Assembly (NCBI GenBank): GCA_963786865.1
Contig: CAWBAV010000018.1
Location: 79,292-143,291, forward strand
Reading direction: 5' to 3'
Origin: an uncultured delta proteobacterium
GTDB lineage: Bacteria; Myxococcota_A; Polyangia; Polyangiales; Houyiibacteriaceae
Length of the DNA: 64,000 bases
Below are positions 62,123 through 64,000 of this stretch, one piece after another. The first letter of the stretch is position 1. The number at the start of each line of letters is the position of its first letter. The notes beneath the pieces are model-generated. The model was not told where the DNA came from. It searched no databases and was given only the letters and a program-made list of their open reading frames with translations. The translations under genes were made by a program, and so were the position numbers.

Positions 62123-63121
62123 ATGACAGGAACTGCGATTCTGGGGCTGGGCCATTACGTGCCCTCGAAGGTCGTCACCAACGATGACCTTGCGCAGATG
62201 TTCGATACCAGCGACGAGTGGATCCAGCAGCGCACCGGGATCAAGGAGCGCCGCTACATCGAAGAGAGCGGGATCGGCGCGAGTGACCTGGCGGTGCCCG
62301 CCGTCCAGATGGCGTGTAAGAACGCCGGAATCGACGTCTCGGAGATCGACGCGATCATCTTTGCGACCCTCTCCCCCGACTTCAACTTCCCCGGAAGCGG
62401 TTGTTTTCTCGGCGACAAGCTCGGCCTTGCCGGGGTGCCCGCGCTCGACGTGCGCAACCAGTGCAGCGGATTCCTGTACGGCTTGCAGATCGCGGACGCG
62501 TGGATTCGTTGCGGCATGTACAAGCGAGTCGCCTTGGTGGGGGCCGAAGTTCATTCGACTGCGCTCGACTTCAGCGACGAGGGCCGGGACGTGACGGTTC
62601 TCTTCGGAGACGGGGCGGCCTGCGCGATCCTGGGACCGAGCGACGAAGAAGGCCGCGGCATCCTCGACGTGGAGGTTCACGCGGACGGAAGCGGTGCGAA
62701 GGAGCTTTGGCTCGAATGCCCGGCAAGCGCTTATAATCCTCGGCTCACCCATGAGATGATCGACAACAAGTCCGTCTACCCATCCATGAACGGCCGCCAC
62801 GTCTTTCGCTGGGCTACGTCCAAGATGCCGGAGGTGAGCATCTCGGTACTCGAGCGCAATGGCGTGAAGGTCGAGGATCTCGACCTCGTCGTGCCCCATC
62901 AGGCGAACAAGCGAATCAACGAGTTCGTTTCGCAGAAGCTCGAAATTCCGCCCGAGAAAGTCGTGCACAACATTCAGAAGTATGGGAACACCACCGCCGC
63001 TTCGATTCCGCTGGCCTTGAGCGAGGCCGTCCAAGAAGGCCGGGCCAAGAAGGGTGACCTCATTCTCATGCCCGCATTTGGCTCTGGTTTTACTTGGGGC
63101 GCCGCGCTCGTGCGGCTCTGA
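62123..63121 (+). CDS. fabH: 3-oxoacyl-ACP synthase III
   Basis: TSDEWIQQRTGI, NQCSGF (Cys), FGDGA, PHQAN, GNTTAAS. Confidence 0.92.
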   Translation: MTGTAILGLGHYVPSKVVTNDDLAQMFDTSDEWIQQRTGIKERRYIEESGIGASDLAVPAVQMACKNAGIDVSEIDAIIFATLSPDFNFPGSGCFLGDKLGLAGVPALDVRNQCSGFLYGLQIADAWIRCGMYKRVALVGAEVHSTALDFSDEGRDVTVLFGDGAACAILGPSDEEGRGILDVEVHADGSGAKELWLECPASAYNPRLTHEMIDNKSVYPSMNGRHVFRWATSKMPEVSISVLERNGVKVEDLDLVVPHQANKRINEFVSQKLEIPPEKVVHNIQKYGNTTAASIPLALSEAVQEGRAKKGDLILMPAFGSGFTWGAALVRL

Positions 63122-63125
63122 GCCC

Positions 63126-64000
63126 GTGCAGTCCAAGGCCGAGCGCGTTGCCGTCGTACTCAACGGCAACGCCAGGCAGGTGACCGACGAGCTGGTTGAA
63201 AGCTTCGATCAACTGGTCGGCAGCGGGGATCTCTTCCTTTCGAAAAGCTTGGAGGAGGCGAAGGGCATTGCGCTCGAGATCGTCGAAGCCGGATATCCGG
63301 TCGTACTCACCGGCGGCGGCGACGGCACGTTCGTGCAGATGGTCACCGCCATCACTAGAGCGGCGCGCGAACGGAATCAGGAGCCGCCGCGTTTTGGCCT
63401 GCTCAAGCTAGGCACGGGAAACTCGCTGGCCTGGGCACTCGGCGCGGGGACTTCCCGTAAGGGCGTCTTCGCCGACTTGGCTCGGCTACGGCACGACAGC
63501 GCATACCGCGATTTTCGCCTCATCGAAGTTCAGGGACTACTCACGCCTTTCGCAGGCGCCGGATTCGATGCATTGGGGCTCAAACACTTTCACGAAGTGC
63601 GTTCCCTCGTTCGTCACTTGCCATGGGTCGGGAAGCTCGCGACGGGCGCGCTGTCATATGCGATCTCCATCCCGACGCGCACGATCCCCGAGCTCGCACT
63701 TCGACCGCGGATGAACGTGAAGATCGTCAACCACGGCGCCGCGGAACGTCTCGACCGGAACGGTCATCCAGAGGGACCGCCGATCGAGAAGGGCGAAGTG
63801 ATCTTCGAAGGCGCATGCATCGCCGCGCTGGTCTCGACGATCCCTTACTGGGGATTTGGCGTCCGGGTCTTCCCGTTTGCCGAAGACCGCCCTCCAAATC
63901 GGTTCTGCCTCCGCGTGGTTGCAACGAGCCCTCTGCACGTGGCTGCACACATGCTCAGCGTCTGGAGAGGGACGTACCGCGACGAGAAACTGATCGACGT
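63126..64000 (+). CDS. Diacylglycerol/lipid kinase family protein (partial, runs off the window)
   Basis: Not in the ORF track; GTG 63126 reads VQSKAERVAVVLNGNAR...TGGGDGT...LKLGTGNSLA. Confidence 0.85.
   Translation, partial: MQSKAERVAVVLNGNARQVTDELVESFDQLVGSGDLFLSKSLEEAKGIALEIVEAGYPVVLTGGGDGTFVQMVTAITRAARERNQEPPRFGLLKLGTGNSLAWALGAGTSRKGVFADLARLRHDSAYRDFRLIEVQGLLTPFAGAGFDALGLKHFHEVRSLVRHLPWVGKLATGALSYAISIPTRTIPELALRPRMNVKIVNHGAAERLDRNGHPEGPPIEKGEVIFEGACIAALVSTIPYWGFGVRVFPFAEDRPPNRFCLRVVATSPLHVAAHMLSVWRGTYRDEKLID

Noticed and set aside
61051-62124. ORFs 61051-61935, 61581-62063 and 61768-62124 across the tRNA and structured region
   Set aside because: They overlap the tRNA or the lipoprotein gene and give low-complexity translations; secondary structure explains the region better

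Overview
GC-rich, gene-dense bacterial chromosome segment, probably Myxococcota/Polyangia. That inference rests on a tgl/pilF-type TPR lipoprotein next to recO, an MCP-less chemosensory cluster with a HEAT-repeat gene, DUF4388/GYF-type Ser/Thr kinases and many Cys-rich lipoproteins with Gly/Ala/Asp linkers. It is mostly core and metabolic: purB-purC-purS, trpF/trpB/trpA, korAB, recO, lhr, fabH, an RpoH-like sigma, an ECF sigma/anti-sigma pair, lipid enzymes and one tRNA-Leu(CAA). I found no transposase, integrase, CRISPR array or rRNA. Best leads: (1) a ~450-nt non-coding tract just downstream of tRNA-Leu made of two very long hairpins whose mismatches resolve as G-U pairs on the tRNA strand; (2) an nfeD-nfeD-floA operon extended by a hairpin-buried 41-aa ORF and a membrane-anchored HExxH (putative Zn-peptidase) protein; (3) three apparent pseudo-enzymes: a pseudokinase coupled to the ECF sigma, a GpsA lacking its catalytic Lys, and a ChpT-like pseudo-histidine kinase ending the che cluster; (4) a single-base frameshift splitting cheA; (5) a trp operon interrupted by an antisense three-gene cassette; (6) a recurrent TGCTANNNT extended -10 box 6-12 nt before start codons. 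Product calls come from motifs read by eye, not database searches, and several start codons were re-picked from the ORF track.
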